A stretch of DNA of 64,000 nucleotides from Candidatus Magasanikbacteria bacterium CG11_big_fil_rev_8_21_14_0_20_39_34 (GCA_002787355.1 PCWN01000008.1:69873-133872), one strand, 5' to 3'. Shown: positions 27,682 to 38,005, counted from the first letter of the stretch. A program made the numbers and translations. Notes: generated by a model from the letters alone, not told the origin.

Positions 27682-29571
27682 ATGACAAAAAAATTATTTT
27701 TTTTCTTATCCATCCTTGGTATTACCATAATGCCAAGTTTTGTATTTGCACAAGATTCCATACAAAAAATTATTGATGCGGCACAAGATACTACAAGCGA
27801 TCTTACCAATCAGTATGGGGAGAGTGTCCACCAAGAAACCATAGATGTTATACGGACACCCCAACTTCGCATCACTATACCTGGATTAAATTTTGCCAAT
27901 GTTGACGATATCAACAAACTGGTCAAAAGCCAAAACGGCGAAGCCGGAGAAAAATATATTGTCATCCCCTTTCTCGGTGATTACATGGTAGTGATGTACC
28001 GCTATGCAATCATAGCCATTGGGATCCTTGCCGTGGTATCTATTATTTATTCTGGAGTTCAATGGATGATTCCTGGAAATATTATTACCAAAGATGACTC
28101 TTCAGTAAATCAGGCAAAAGAACGAATTGCACGAACGCTCATTGGTCTGGGGCTTGCTGTGGGATCCTATACCATTCTCTATGCTATAAATCCAGCACTA
28201 ACTCAATTCAAAAATTTAAAACTTCTCTACGTTCCAGCACAAGATGTGAACCTCATTGTTATGGACAAAGGAACTCCAGGTGATTTTTCATCGGTGTCCT
28301 ATGCTTCTGGAGTTGGAAAAAATAGAAAAATAGACAATACAGAGTTTGATGACATGTTCAAAGCTTTTGCAAACTGTTTTAATCTTGACTGGAGAGTACT
28401 CAAGGGTATTGCATATCAAGAATCACGCTTGAATGAAGGAAGCACCAACAAATATGGTTTTAAAGGGCTTTTTCAGACCCGTGAAGACTTTTGTCCAAGC
28501 TATCTCTCTGGCTACCCTGCTTGGTCTGCCTATTGTAAAACAGGACTTCATAATGCATGGATTAATACAGCAGCGGGGGTAAACTCTATTTATCAAGCAC
28601 TGGAAAAAGTTCGCGCTGAATGCTCAGATAAATTAAATACATTTGATACATTTACCGCAGTATACATTGCACATAACTCCGGAAATTTTGGGCTTGCAAA
28701 AACATTGGAAAATAGTAATTGCCAAGGATGGCCCGCTATGCGTGATGGTCTAGAAAAATTTTGGAAGGAATATAAAAAGCGACCAAAAAATTGGAGTCCC
28801 GGTTTTGGTACAAGACGTGCTGATTATGCGCGTAAAACCGCACAGGTATTTATTGACATTGGAGTTGTAGATCCAAAAAATACAAGCCAAAATGGAAATG
28901 CCCAGTGTCCCCTCAACTTTTCTCCGGAACAAGTAGTGCCAGAACTTTCTGGAAAAGTACCTGAAAATATAAATGCAAGTTTTACCTGTTCACCTACCTT
29001 TGACGGAAAATCCATTATTGCCATTGGAGACTCTATTACCTACAATGCAGAATCGTTTGCCAAGCAAATACGATCGAACTGTCCTAAAATTAATGTCACT
29101 ATTAATGCACGTCCAGGACGACCAACTTCAGAAATGCTCCAAGAAGCAAATAAAATTGATTTTTCCACCTATGATTATTTGATCATTCTGGGTGGTGTAA
29201 ATGACATTGGAAATGCAACAGGCGTACGAAATAACCTTACTGCCATTTACCAAAAAGCAAAAGAAGGCAATACAAAAGTCATAGCACTTACCATTACCCC
29301 TTGGAAGGGATACAGTACCTATAGTGATAAAAATGGAACCAACACAAATGATATCAATAGATGGATACGTCAAAAGGCCCCTACTTCGGATGGAAACCTT
29401 ATTGACTATGCCATCGATTCATATGCACTCTTGGAAGATCCAAGTAACCCTGGCGCTATGCGTACCCTCTTTTGGAGCCATGGAGATCCACTTCACCCCA
29501 ACGCCACAGCACACAAACTCATAGCACAAACTATTGCACAACAAGTATTTGGTGGTAAGTTAATTAAGTAA
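27682..29571 (+). CDS. Pilin-module protein fused to SLT lytic transglycosylase and SGNH hydrolase
   Basis: Signal peptide; VirB2-like IIYSGVQWM...AKERI...GSYTILYAINP; SLT QES/GLFQ/AHNSG; SGNH GDSIT, G, GVND, DPLHPN. Confidence 0.8.
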   Translation: MTKKLFFFLSILGITIMPSFVFAQDSIQKIIDAAQDTTSDLTNQYGESVHQETIDVIRTPQLRITIPGLNFANVDDINKLVKSQNGEAGEKYIVIPFLGDYMVVMYRYAIIAIGILAVVSIIYSGVQWMIPGNIITKDDSSVNQAKERIARTLIGLGLAVGSYTILYAINPALTQFKNLKLLYVPAQDVNLIVMDKGTPGDFSSVSYASGVGKNRKIDNTEFDDMFKAFANCFNLDWRVLKGIAYQESRLNEGSTNKYGFKGLFQTREDFCPSYLSGYPAWSAYCKTGLHNAWINTAAGVNSIYQALEKVRAECSDKLNTFDTFTAVYIAHNSGNFGLAKTLENSNCQGWPAMRDGLEKFWKEYKKRPKNWSPGFGTRRADYARKTAQVFIDIGVVDPKNTSQNGNAQCPLNFSPEQVVPELSGKVPENINASFTCSPTFDGKSIIAIGDSITYNAESFAKQIRSNCPKINVTINARPGRPTSEMLQEANKIDFSTYDYLIILGGVNDIGNATGVRNNLTAIYQKAKEGNTKVIALTITPWKGYSTYSDKNGTNTNDINRWIRQKAPTSDGNLIDYAIDSYALLEDPSNPGAMRTLFWSHGDPLHPNATAHKLIAQTIAQQVFGGKLIK

Positions 29572-29572
29572 A

Positions 29573-32290
29573 ATGTTTTTTCTTCAAAAAAAATATACCT
29601 GGAAATTTGCAATTGGATTCCTCATGGTTTTTTCCTTTACTTTTTTTTATCCCCCACATCCAGTTTTTGCTCTGGTTAAAGAGAGCAGCCCCATTGCAGG
29701 AGTAGATCTCTATTCGTTTAAATCTGATTATGGCTGCAGCAGTAAAAATCCAAAAGAACAATCAGAACACTTCATCATTGTTCCCTCCGGAAGTAGCAAA
29801 ATCAATAGAACCTATATTTATTTTCATGGTTTATCCAACCCTCCCGAACATACCACAAAAGAGTTAATGTGCCATGGGTATCTTAACCTCTGTGATTCTG
29901 CTGCACAATTGCAAACACTTGGCCTCAATGTTGCCATTATTGGCGCACGACTCAATAAGGCCGGATCAACACGTGAATTTAGAGATTTTAATACTGCGGA
30001 ACTCAATTGTTTCCTCAATAAGGCATCTCAGGAACTCACATCCTTGGGAAGAGGTTATGGGTCAGACTTAATTCTTGTAGGTCATAGCGCTGGTGGACGC
30101 TCGATAAAAGAAGCTCTCAACAGTGACATACATTTCAATGGCTTGACCCCAAGCATGTGTATTTTCCTTGATCCCTGTTATGGTGACTGGTGTGATGTTG
30201 CCGTCAAATCAAATAAATGTGGTAGCTATGTTTTTTATGGTGCAGGTGGTCCGGGTGAGACCATAGATGCTACCAATAAAGCAATCAAACTGGCTGCAAA
30301 CCCGCAATCCATTCGCCTGGTGCAGATGCCCAATGGTTTCCACTCAAAAATACCAAGACTTTGTTTTACTGAACACGTGGATGAAAAAGCATGCCAAGGA
30401 AATGGAACTGTCATTCAAGAAGGAATCCTCAGTTCCGTTATACCTATCGTAGCTGGCGATTCAGATAAAATCATTCCTCAGGCTACCAGTGATAGCTATG
30501 AAAAACTCGTTGAAAATATTCTTTCGAAAACCAAACTAGAAACGGAAACACCAGGCTATAACCCAAATGTAAATATAGAAGATAAAGTTACCGTAAATCA
30601 AACGAATGGAAAACTTTACTTAAATATAAATACACTTTCAGAATATATTGGATGGCTCTATCAATATAGTCTTATTGCAATAACTATAATTGCTGTAGTT
30701 ATTGTCATCTATTCTGGAGTCCAGTGGATGGTTTCTGGTGGAAATAGTGCCACTATTAGTGAAGCCAAAAAAAGAATCGGTCAAACATTTGTAGCCTTGC
30801 TCTTGGCACTTGGATCCTATACCATTCTCTATGCAATTAATCCAAAAACAACAAAATTTGGTCAGCTTAATATTCTCGTTTTTCAGGCAGAAAATACTCC
30901 AATGGAAAATGAATCATTAAATGCAGACGCCTATAATTCCGTTAACTTTAACGCAAACGATCTCCTTGGGAATATCAAAAAACCAAACTGGGATGCTAAA
31001 ACCTTTGATTGTTCAAAGAAAGATTCTTACTCTCCTGCAGGTGTTCTCCCCAGCAATCAAACAATTACTTATACCTGTGATGGAATGGAAGGAAATGTTA
31101 CCAGCATTCCACAAATGAAAGTTCCACTTTGTAGAGCAGCAGAAATTGCAAAGAAAAATGGATATACCCTTCAGGTAAGAAGTTCCTATCGACCATTTGA
31201 AATACAGGTAAAATTATGGTGTGAAGACACACGACCTCCTGAGATACGAAGAAAGTTTATCGCAACACCTGGATTTTCCAATCATGGTCATGGTGTGGCA
31301 ATAGATGTTTTCCTCTATAAAAATGGAAAACAACTCACTCTTTATGGAAGTTCAGGACAATGTAAGACAAGTCCCCGTTTTGTAAAAGAAATTGCAGATA
31401 TATTTTACCTTGCAGACCCAAACTTTGTTCGACTGGAAACGGAAATTTGGCACTTTGAATATGGGACCATGGGTACCTCTGCAAGAAATCGCTATGATAC
31501 CCTTCCACAGACCTGTACGGGAAAGCCTTCTGGAGTAAGTAATGTTAAAGCAGAAGGAGGAACTTCCCCCATCTCCAATGTTGGTGCAGCCAGTAATGCA
31601 AATATTATTGCTCCAGCCCAAAGTGGACAAAGCCCGGCAGCACAATCAAACCAATGTACATTTACCGAAAAACGTTGGAATACCAATACTCGCACAACCG
31701 CACTTTTCAGAAAAGAGACCAATGCCCCATATAATACCATTATCAGCCAGGATAAAAGCTACGTCAGCAAATCTGACCCAAGATGTAGTGTCTGTGAACA
31801 AGATCAGGTTTTGTTTGATCCAAGCAGCGTTGGAATCCGCGGCGTATCAAGCGTTCGTGTCTGTTGGGCATATGTTGATCAAATCAAACAAATGTTGAAA
31901 ACAATAGTACAAAATAACCAACTGGAGATAACCAGTCTCGTAGGATACCGACCAAACCGGACGGTTGGAGCAGTCAATGCAGATGGATTTCGAACCGGCG
32001 CTGGCGGACACTTTTATGGTATGGCCATAGACATCAATGCAGAGTATAATGGCCTCTACAGTGGATGTTCTGGTTTTGATCCAATAGCTCATCCTCTTGG
32101 ACCTATAACGTGTTCAGGACCTTCAAATGGGGGTCCCTGGAATCCTCCAGCAAATCCAAATAAAACTATTTACTACAATAGCCCCGTGTACCGCCTATTC
32201 ACCTCCAATGGATGGAAGTGGGGTGCAACTAATATTTCCGGAAGGACACGAGACTTTATGCACTTCTCCATTCATGATGACAGTCAGTAA
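29573..32290 (+). CDS. Alpha/beta hydrolase + pilin module + two M15 zinc peptidase domains
   Basis: YFHG, GHSAG; pilin module; M15B SYR..PGFSNHGHGVAID..EIWH; second M15 GYR..HFYGMAIDIN..WKWG..DFMHFS. Confidence 0.8.
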   Translation: MFFLQKKYTWKFAIGFLMVFSFTFFYPPHPVFALVKESSPIAGVDLYSFKSDYGCSSKNPKEQSEHFIIVPSGSSKINRTYIYFHGLSNPPEHTTKELMCHGYLNLCDSAAQLQTLGLNVAIIGARLNKAGSTREFRDFNTAELNCFLNKASQELTSLGRGYGSDLILVGHSAGGRSIKEALNSDIHFNGLTPSMCIFLDPCYGDWCDVAVKSNKCGSYVFYGAGGPGETIDATNKAIKLAANPQSIRLVQMPNGFHSKIPRLCFTEHVDEKACQGNGTVIQEGILSSVIPIVAGDSDKIIPQATSDSYEKLVENILSKTKLETETPGYNPNVNIEDKVTVNQTNGKLYLNINTLSEYIGWLYQYSLIAITIIAVVIVIYSGVQWMVSGGNSATISEAKKRIGQTFVALLLALGSYTILYAINPKTTKFGQLNILVFQAENTPMENESLNADAYNSVNFNANDLLGNIKKPNWDAKTFDCSKKDSYSPAGVLPSNQTITYTCDGMEGNVTSIPQMKVPLCRAAEIAKKNGYTLQVRSSYRPFEIQVKLWCEDTRPPEIRRKFIATPGFSNHGHGVAIDVFLYKNGKQLTLYGSSGQCKTSPRFVKEIADIFYLADPNFVRLETEIWHFEYGTMGTSARNRYDTLPQTCTGKPSGVSNVKAEGGTSPISNVGAASNANIIAPAQSGQSPAAQSNQCTFTEKRWNTNTRTTALFRKETNAPYNTIISQDKSYVSKSDPRCSVCEQDQVLFDPSSVGIRGVSSVRVCWAYVDQIKQMLKTIVQNNQLEITSLVGYRPNRTVGAVNADGFRTGAGGHFYGMAIDINAEYNGLYSGCSGFDPIAHPLGPITCSGPSNGGPWNPPANPNKTIYYNSPVYRLFTSNGWKWGATNISGRTRDFMHFSIHDDSQ

Positions 32291-32299
32291 CATTATTTT

Positions 32300-33640
32300 A
32301 TGAGTAAAATGGAAACTATTTTTTCTTGTACACACTGTGATGCACAATACAAAAAATGGGTTGGACGATGCCTTGAATGCGGTAAATGGGGAACCGTAGA
32401 AGAAAAACATCTTTCCAAAAAAGAAGAAGAAAAAAGTAAAACACCACGAGCCTCGGCAACTATGGAAGTTGCCTCTTCTGTCAAAATGAAAAATTTTGAG
32501 AGAATCCAAACCAATATCTCAGAGTTTGATAGAACGGTTGGATTTGGTATTGTTCCTGGAAGTTTTATTTTGTTGGGTGGTGAACCTGGAATAGGAAAAT
32601 CAACTCTTTGCGCACAAATAGCAAGTTCTGTACCAAACTCACTGTACTTCTCGGCAGAAGAGTCTATCCAGCAAGTGGGTATGCGCATACAACGCCTTAA
32701 CCTCAATGGAGATACATCCAAATTATCAAATGAAACCTGTGTAGAAATCATTGCAAGTACGATCCTCAATGAAAAACCTTCACTTGCCATTATTGACTCA
32801 ATACAAACAATTTATTCTGAGGAAGTTTCCGGTGAACCGGGATCTATTTCTCAAGTGCGTGCTTCTACGGTAAAACTTCTTGAAGTATGCAAGTCCTCGG
32901 GAACAAGTGTTATTATCATAGGACATGTTACCAAAGATGGTGCCGTTGCCGGTCCACGTACACTTGAACATCTTGTTGATACTGTTTTGTACCTTGAGGG
33001 TGACCGATACCACCAGATGAGAATACTTCGTACCGTCAAAAATCGTTTCGGCTCCACTGATGAAATTGGAATCTTTGAAATGGAAGAAAATGGATTACAA
33101 GGAGTGCAAAACCCATCACAAAATCTTCTTTTGGAACGAACCATGAATCTTTCAGGATCAGTTATTACCTGTCTTCTTGAAGGAACAAGGCCTCTTCTAG
33201 TAGAAGTGCAAGCACTTGTAAATAAAACAGCTTTTGGGTATCCATTACGGAAATCAAGTGGTTTTGATATAAATCGTCTCCATGTGCTTCTTGCTGTACT
33301 GCAAAAAAGAACCAACCTCCCGTTTGGTGGCTATGATGTTCATGTAAATATTGTTGGAGGAATCAAGGCAAATGAACCTGCCGTAGATCTTGCCGTTTGT
33401 CTTGCGCTTGCCAGTTCATTTAAAGATAAAGCTCTTGGTAACGATCTTGTTGTCTTTGGAGAAGTTGGTCTTGGCGGTGAAGTACGCAGTACCTCACATA
33501 TTCAAAAACGTCTAAAAGAGTGTGAACACCTCGGGATGAAGCGAATCATCACTCATCTTCCAGCAAAATTAAAAATAAAAGATACCGGTGTAAATATAAC
33601 CAATGTAGAAAATATTAATGAACTTATAAAACTTACATAG
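32300..33640 (+). CDS. radA: DNA repair protein RadA/Sms
   Basis: C4 zinc finger, GGEPGIGKSTL, IDSIQT, KNRFG, Lon-like C-terminus. Confidence 0.97.
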   Translation: MSKMETIFSCTHCDAQYKKWVGRCLECGKWGTVEEKHLSKKEEEKSKTPRASATMEVASSVKMKNFERIQTNISEFDRTVGFGIVPGSFILLGGEPGIGKSTLCAQIASSVPNSLYFSAEESIQQVGMRIQRLNLNGDTSKLSNETCVEIIASTILNEKPSLAIIDSIQTIYSEEVSGEPGSISQVRASTVKLLEVCKSSGTSVIIIGHVTKDGAVAGPRTLEHLVDTVLYLEGDRYHQMRILRTVKNRFGSTDEIGIFEMEENGLQGVQNPSQNLLLERTMNLSGSVITCLLEGTRPLLVEVQALVNKTAFGYPLRKSSGFDINRLHVLLAVLQKRTNLPFGGYDVHVNIVGGIKANEPAVDLAVCLALASSFKDKALGNDLVVFGEVGLGGEVRSTSHIQKRLKECEHLGMKRIITHLPAKLKIKDTGVNITNVENINELIKLT

Positions 33641-33645
33641 TTAAT

Positions 33646-35076
33646 TTATTCAGAAAGCTTTTCTCCTCTACTTCCACTTTCGATATATCCACTCTGTGTC
33701 ATTTGAACAAATTCAGCATTTTCGTGCATCTCGTCCATATTTTTTGCCCCACAGTAACTCATAGCACTCTGCAAACCTTTTGCGAGAGACTTTACAATAT
33801 CTTCTACAGAGCCGGAGTAATCCACCAATGTAGAAACACCTTCTACAAAGACATCGAGGCGCTCTTTAAGATGCCTTCCACGTTTTAACTCCTGACGACT
33901 ATGATTACTTTCATAGGAAGCACTTCCATAGTATTTTTTGTATCGTTTTCCATTTTTTAAAATAATCATTCCGGGGGATTCATCACAACCCACAAAAAGT
34001 CTTCCGGAATATATACTTGAAGCTCCGGCGGCAATTGCCTTGGCAATATCTCCTGGAAACTTCATTCCCCCATCGGCAATAACTGGTACACCGTAATCTT
34101 TAGCTACACTTGCTACATTCATTATGGCTGTTAACTGAGGCACTCCAGCCCCCGAGATAATACGAGTGGTACACACCGGTGAGGGTCCAATTCCAACCTT
34201 CAGTCCATCTGCTCCTGCCTCGATAAGATCATGTGCGGCTGCTTTTGTGGCAATATTCCCCACCATAAGGTCAATAGATGGAAAAAAAGATTTTAGTTCT
34301 CTTACTCTTTGAATAACAAAATCGGAATGCGCATGTGCAACATCAAGCACTAATGTATCACACCCAACTCGAATAAGTGCTTCTGCACGTTCATGCGTAT
34401 CTTTTACCCCAAGTGCTGCCCCAACGAGTAATCTTCCTTTCTTATCTCTACTTGCTCTTGGCCAGTATTCAAGTTTTTGGATATCCTGTGTTGTCACCAA
34501 CCCACGAACAATTCCATCTTCTAAAAGTGGAAGTTTTTCAATTCTGTGTTTGTGGAGTATCCCCTTTGCCGTGTCCAAACTAATACCATATTCAGCAGTT
34601 ACTAAACGTTCTCTTGGAGTCATGACCTCTACAATGCTTTTTTTATAGTCCTTTTCAAACAAATAATCCCGAGAAGTAAATATACCCTCCAGATGATCCC
34701 CCGACATTACCAATAAACTTGTAACCCCCTCCTTTTGCATGATATCAATAGCTTGTCCTATAGAAATATTGCTGCTTACCGAAACGGGTTCCTCGATTAC
34801 GTAACTCGTACTCTTCTTCACTGACTTAAGTTCCTGAACTTGTTCTTCAATAGTTCCAAACTGATGAATGACGCCTATACCCCCCTCTCGTGCCATAGCA
34901 ATGGCCATTTTGTGTTCCGTCACAGATGCCATGTTTGCAGACACAAACGGTGTGTGCAACATTATGTTTTTCGTCCACATTCCGGATATATCAGCTTCAC
35001 TGCGTGACTGAAGTGGCGTTCTTTTAGGAACTAAAAGTACATCAGAAAAGGTGAGTGCCAAAGGGATATCTTGCAT
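33646..35076 (-). CDS. IMP dehydrogenase/GMP reductase family protein with CBS pair (possibly GMP reductase)
   Basis: [17 protein letters not shown] domains, [16 protein letters not shown]; flap YYGSAS instead of YRGMGS. Confidence 0.85.
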   Translation of the reverse strand: MQDIPLALTFSDVLLVPKRTPLQSRSEADISGMWTKNIMLHTPFVSANMASVTEHKMAIAMAREGGIGVIHQFGTIEEQVQELKSVKKSTSYVIEEPVSVSSNISIGQAIDIMQKEGVTSLLVMSGDHLEGIFTSRDYLFEKDYKKSIVEVMTPRERLVTAEYGISLDTAKGILHKHRIEKLPLLEDGIVRGLVTTQDIQKLEYWPRASRDKKGRLLVGAALGVKDTHERAEALIRVGCDTLVLDVAHAHSDFVIQRVRELKSFFPSIDLMVGNIATKAAAHDLIEAGADGLKVGIGPSPVCTTRIISGAGVPQLTAIMNVASVAKDYGVPVIADGGMKFPGDIAKAIAAGASSIYSGRLFVGCDESPGMIILKNGKRYKKYYGSASYESNHSRQELKRGRHLKERLDVFVEGVSTLVDYSGSVEDIVKSLAKGLQSAMSYCGAKNMDEMHENAEFVQMTQSGYIESGSRGEKLSE

Positions 35077-35140
35077 AGGCTCTATTTAATGATGAATTCC
35101 GGGTAGAATTATAGCACCTCCTTTCAAATTCGCAAATGTG

Positions 35141-37231
35141 TTACTCAAGATGAACTTTTTTCTCCCAAATATGAATTTTTTCACGTAATTGAGGGTACTT
35201 TTGAAAATCTATATTTTTTGCAATTTCTCTTGCTAATTTTATGATCTCAACATCTCTCATAGTTGCTATTTTAAACTGCATCATTCCACTTTGTTGTTTT
35301 CCATACACTTCACCAGGGCCTCTTAACTGCAAATCATATTCGGCAAGTGCAAATCCATCAGAAGTTCTTTCAAAAAATTGTAATCTTTCATTTACATTTT
35401 CACTTTCAACTGTACTCAAGACAAAACAATATGACTGATGATCAGATCGGCCTACACGACCTCTAAATTGATGAAGCTGTGCCAATCCAAACCTCTCAGC
35501 ACCTTCTATCATCATTACACTTGCGTTTTTTATATCAACTCCAACCTCCACTACAGAGGTAGAGACCAAAATATCTGTTTTTCCGTCTGTAAAATCCTTC
35601 ATAGTCCTATCCTTTTCCTCTCCCTTGAGTTTTCCATGAAGATACCCAATGCGTAAATGAGGAAAAATGTGCTTAGAAAGTTTTTCATATTCCTCCAAAA
35701 CCGTTTTTTTCTCATCTTGAAGTGAAGAAGATTCTATATTTTGATCACCAATTTGTGGACAAATAACAAAAACTTGGCGACCGCGTTTCACTTCTTCATT
35801 AATAAAATCATATGCTTTTTGTCTATGGTGTGGTGCTACAAATCGTGTTTTTATAGGTTTTCTCCCAGAAGGTTTTGTCTTTATGAGTGATAAATCAAGA
35901 TCTCCATACAAGGTAAGTGCAAATGAACGAGGAATGGGCGTAGCGGTCATAGATAAAAAATGTGGCGTTGTCTTTTGATGAACCGCCTTGTCTTTTAACA
36001 TTTTTCTTTGCTCCACACCAAACCTATGCTGTTCATCTACAATAACCAATCCAAGATTATGAAAATTTACTGAGTCAGAAAGAATTGCATGGGTACCCAC
36101 AATAATGTCGAGTGAGCCGTCTTGAATCATTTTTAATATCTCACGCTTCTGTTTTGTCTTAGAATTTTTTTCTCCCTCCAATTTTTCAGTATTTACTTCT
36201 GTTCTGGTAAGGATACCTACCTTTATTTCTTTGGGGAAAAGACTCCGTAATGATGCATAGTGCTGTTTTGCGAGTATCTCTGTAGGAGCCATGATAAGTG
36301 CCTGAAGTCGTGATACCGCAGTATTATACATAACCAAGGCTGCCACAACTGTCTTCCCAGAACCAACATCCCCTTCTATGAGACGATTCATAGGAGTTTC
36401 TTTTTCCAGATCCTGAAGGATCTCCCAAGAGGCTATCTTTTGATCCTTTGTCAGTTCAAAAGGAAGTTTTTTTACAAATTGTTGTACTTCTTTTTCATGA
36501 AAAGGAATTTGTGGTGCAGTTAAGGTATGCAGTGATTGCCTCAAAAGTTCAGCACGAAGTTGTAATATGAAAAGTTCATCAAACTTAAGCCTTCTTTGTG
36601 CATGTTCTATTTCATCAAATGAATTGGGAAAATGAATAAGCGTAAGTGCTTCAGAAAGTGTCATGATATCTGCACGATCACGAATATCCTCCGGTATCCA
36701 CTCCTCCACTTTTTTTGCAAGACCAATGATTTGCGATAAAAGATGCCGTAATTGTTTTTGCGTAATTCCGGATGTGAGTGGATAGACAGGCAAAATTCTT
36801 CCTGCCTGAATTAATTCATCCTTTTCTTTTACTTTCTCATATACAGGAGAAACCAATTGTAACCCAAACATATCTTCCTTTATTTTTCCAGAAAATTTTA
36901 CTTTATCCCCCACCTTTAAATTTTTTGTTATGAAGGCCTGACCAAACCAAACAATACGCACTTGCCCCGTAAAATCAGAAACAATAGCCTCTGTGATTAT
37001 CTTTCGTTTTCGAGATGTTCGCTTATTATGTATAAGCTCAATGATAGCTTCTATAGTAATTTCCTGACCGGCTTGTAAACCTGAAATACTCGATACCTGA
37101 CTAAAATCTTCATATCGAAATGGAAAATGGAATAAAAGATCTGAAACCGTTTGGATACCTAAAATAGACAACCGTCCTTCCAGTGTCTTTCCAACCCCTT
37201 TGAGTGCTCCAATGGATGTATGTAGTAGCAT
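35141..37231 (-). CDS. recG: ATP-dependent DNA helicase RecG
   Basis: Wedge OB, GDVGSGKT, APTEILA.QH, DEQHRFG, TATPIPR, QLHQFRGRVGR, D..LRGPGE. Confidence 0.97.
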   Translation of the reverse strand: MLLHTSIGALKGVGKTLEGRLSILGIQTVSDLLFHFPFRYEDFSQVSSISGLQAGQEITIEAIIELIHNKRTSRKRKIITEAIVSDFTGQVRIVWFGQAFITKNLKVGDKVKFSGKIKEDMFGLQLVSPVYEKVKEKDELIQAGRILPVYPLTSGITQKQLRHLLSQIIGLAKKVEEWIPEDIRDRADIMTLSEALTLIHFPNSFDEIEHAQRRLKFDELFILQLRAELLRQSLHTLTAPQIPFHEKEVQQFVKKLPFELTKDQKIASWEILQDLEKETPMNRLIEGDVGSGKTVVAALVMYNTAVSRLQALIMAPTEILAKQHYASLRSLFPKEIKVGILTRTEVNTEKLEGEKNSKTKQKREILKMIQDGSLDIIVGTHAILSDSVNFHNLGLVIVDEQHRFGVEQRKMLKDKAVHQKTTPHFLSMTATPIPRSFALTLYGDLDLSLIKTKPSGRKPIKTRFVAPHHRQKAYDFINEEVKRGRQVFVICPQIGDQNIESSSLQDEKKTVLEEYEKLSKHIFPHLRIGYLHGKLKGEEKDRTMKDFTDGKTDILVSTSVVEVGVDIKNASVMMIEGAERFGLAQLHQFRGRVGRSDHQSYCFVLSTVESENVNERLQFFERTSDGFALAEYDLQLRGPGEVYGKQQSGMMQFKIATMRDVEIIKLAREIAKNIDFQKYPQLREKIHIWEKKVHLE

Positions 37232-37335
37232 AAAATAGTCTTATCCTCTCTAATATAACGTTTTCCGAACTTTGAGTAAAGCCCTTTTCTGCTTTTATTT
37301 TCAACAAAAAAACAGCCTTTCGGCTGCTAAAAATA

Positions 37336-37410
37336 TGGTGCTCTCGCTAAGAATCGAACTTAGATCGTCGGTTCCGCAAACCGATGTTCTATCCATTGAA
37401 CTACGAGAGC
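37336..37410 (-). tRNA. tRNA-Arg(GCG), CCA encoded
   Basis: Minus strand GCTCTCG...GTTC-AATGGATA-GAAC, TCGGT-TTGCGGA-ACCGA, CTAAG-TTCGATT-CTTAG, CGAGAGC-ACCA. Confidence 0.93.
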
Positions 37411-37498
37411 ATACGCAAAAGTAGAGAAACTGTACCTCAAAAAAAAGAATTTGTCAATACAAATTCTCTTCTTTTGGAACACAAAGAATGGGAATGCC

Positions 37499-38005
37499 TT
37501 AGTGAAGCTTCCATCTTCTTACAAGCTTATCAGAAAGTGGCTCATCTTCTCTTTCTAAATTTTCTGGCAAAAAAGCACGAAGGGCATGTCGTACATCCAT
37601 AGGATCTACCTCAGAATCAATAGGAATACGAATTTTTGGTCGATACAGATCCTTGGTTTCTACAAAAAGAATCTTCACTTCCGGTGGCTGATACACAATG
37701 AAAAACTCATCCAACTCATTGTAGGAGTAAATTTTGTTTCCGACAACTATTCCGGAATCTGTAATTGCAAATTGATATTTGGGAGCAATCTGCTTAGTTT
37801 GCAAAAAAACAATAATGGCAGTAAGCACAACAATAAGAGCAAACAAAAAATTCTGTGTCTTTAAACCATAAAAAATAAACAAAAGAGAAAACAAAAAGAC
37901 CATGATATACCACCACTTTCCTCTTTGATGCTGAGTATATTCTTCCACATCCCAGATATGATAGACATCGCCAACCGGCGTATCCTCAGTAATGTATTTT
38001 GGCAT
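37499..38005 (-). CDS. Two-TM protein with PH-like C-terminus (conserved hypothetical)
   Basis: W..EEY..H.RG..WY, two TM helices, ITDSGI..GNK.Y.Y; probable ATG 38005. Confidence 0.75.
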   Translation of the reverse strand: MPKYITEDTPVGDVYHIWDVEEYTQHQRGKWWYIMVFLFSLLFIFYGLKTQNFLFALIVVLTAIIVFLQTKQIAPKYQFAITDSGIVVGNKIYSYNELDEFFIVYQPPEVKILFVETKDLYRPKIRIPIDSEVDPMDVRHALRAFLPENLEREDEPLSDKLVRRWKLH

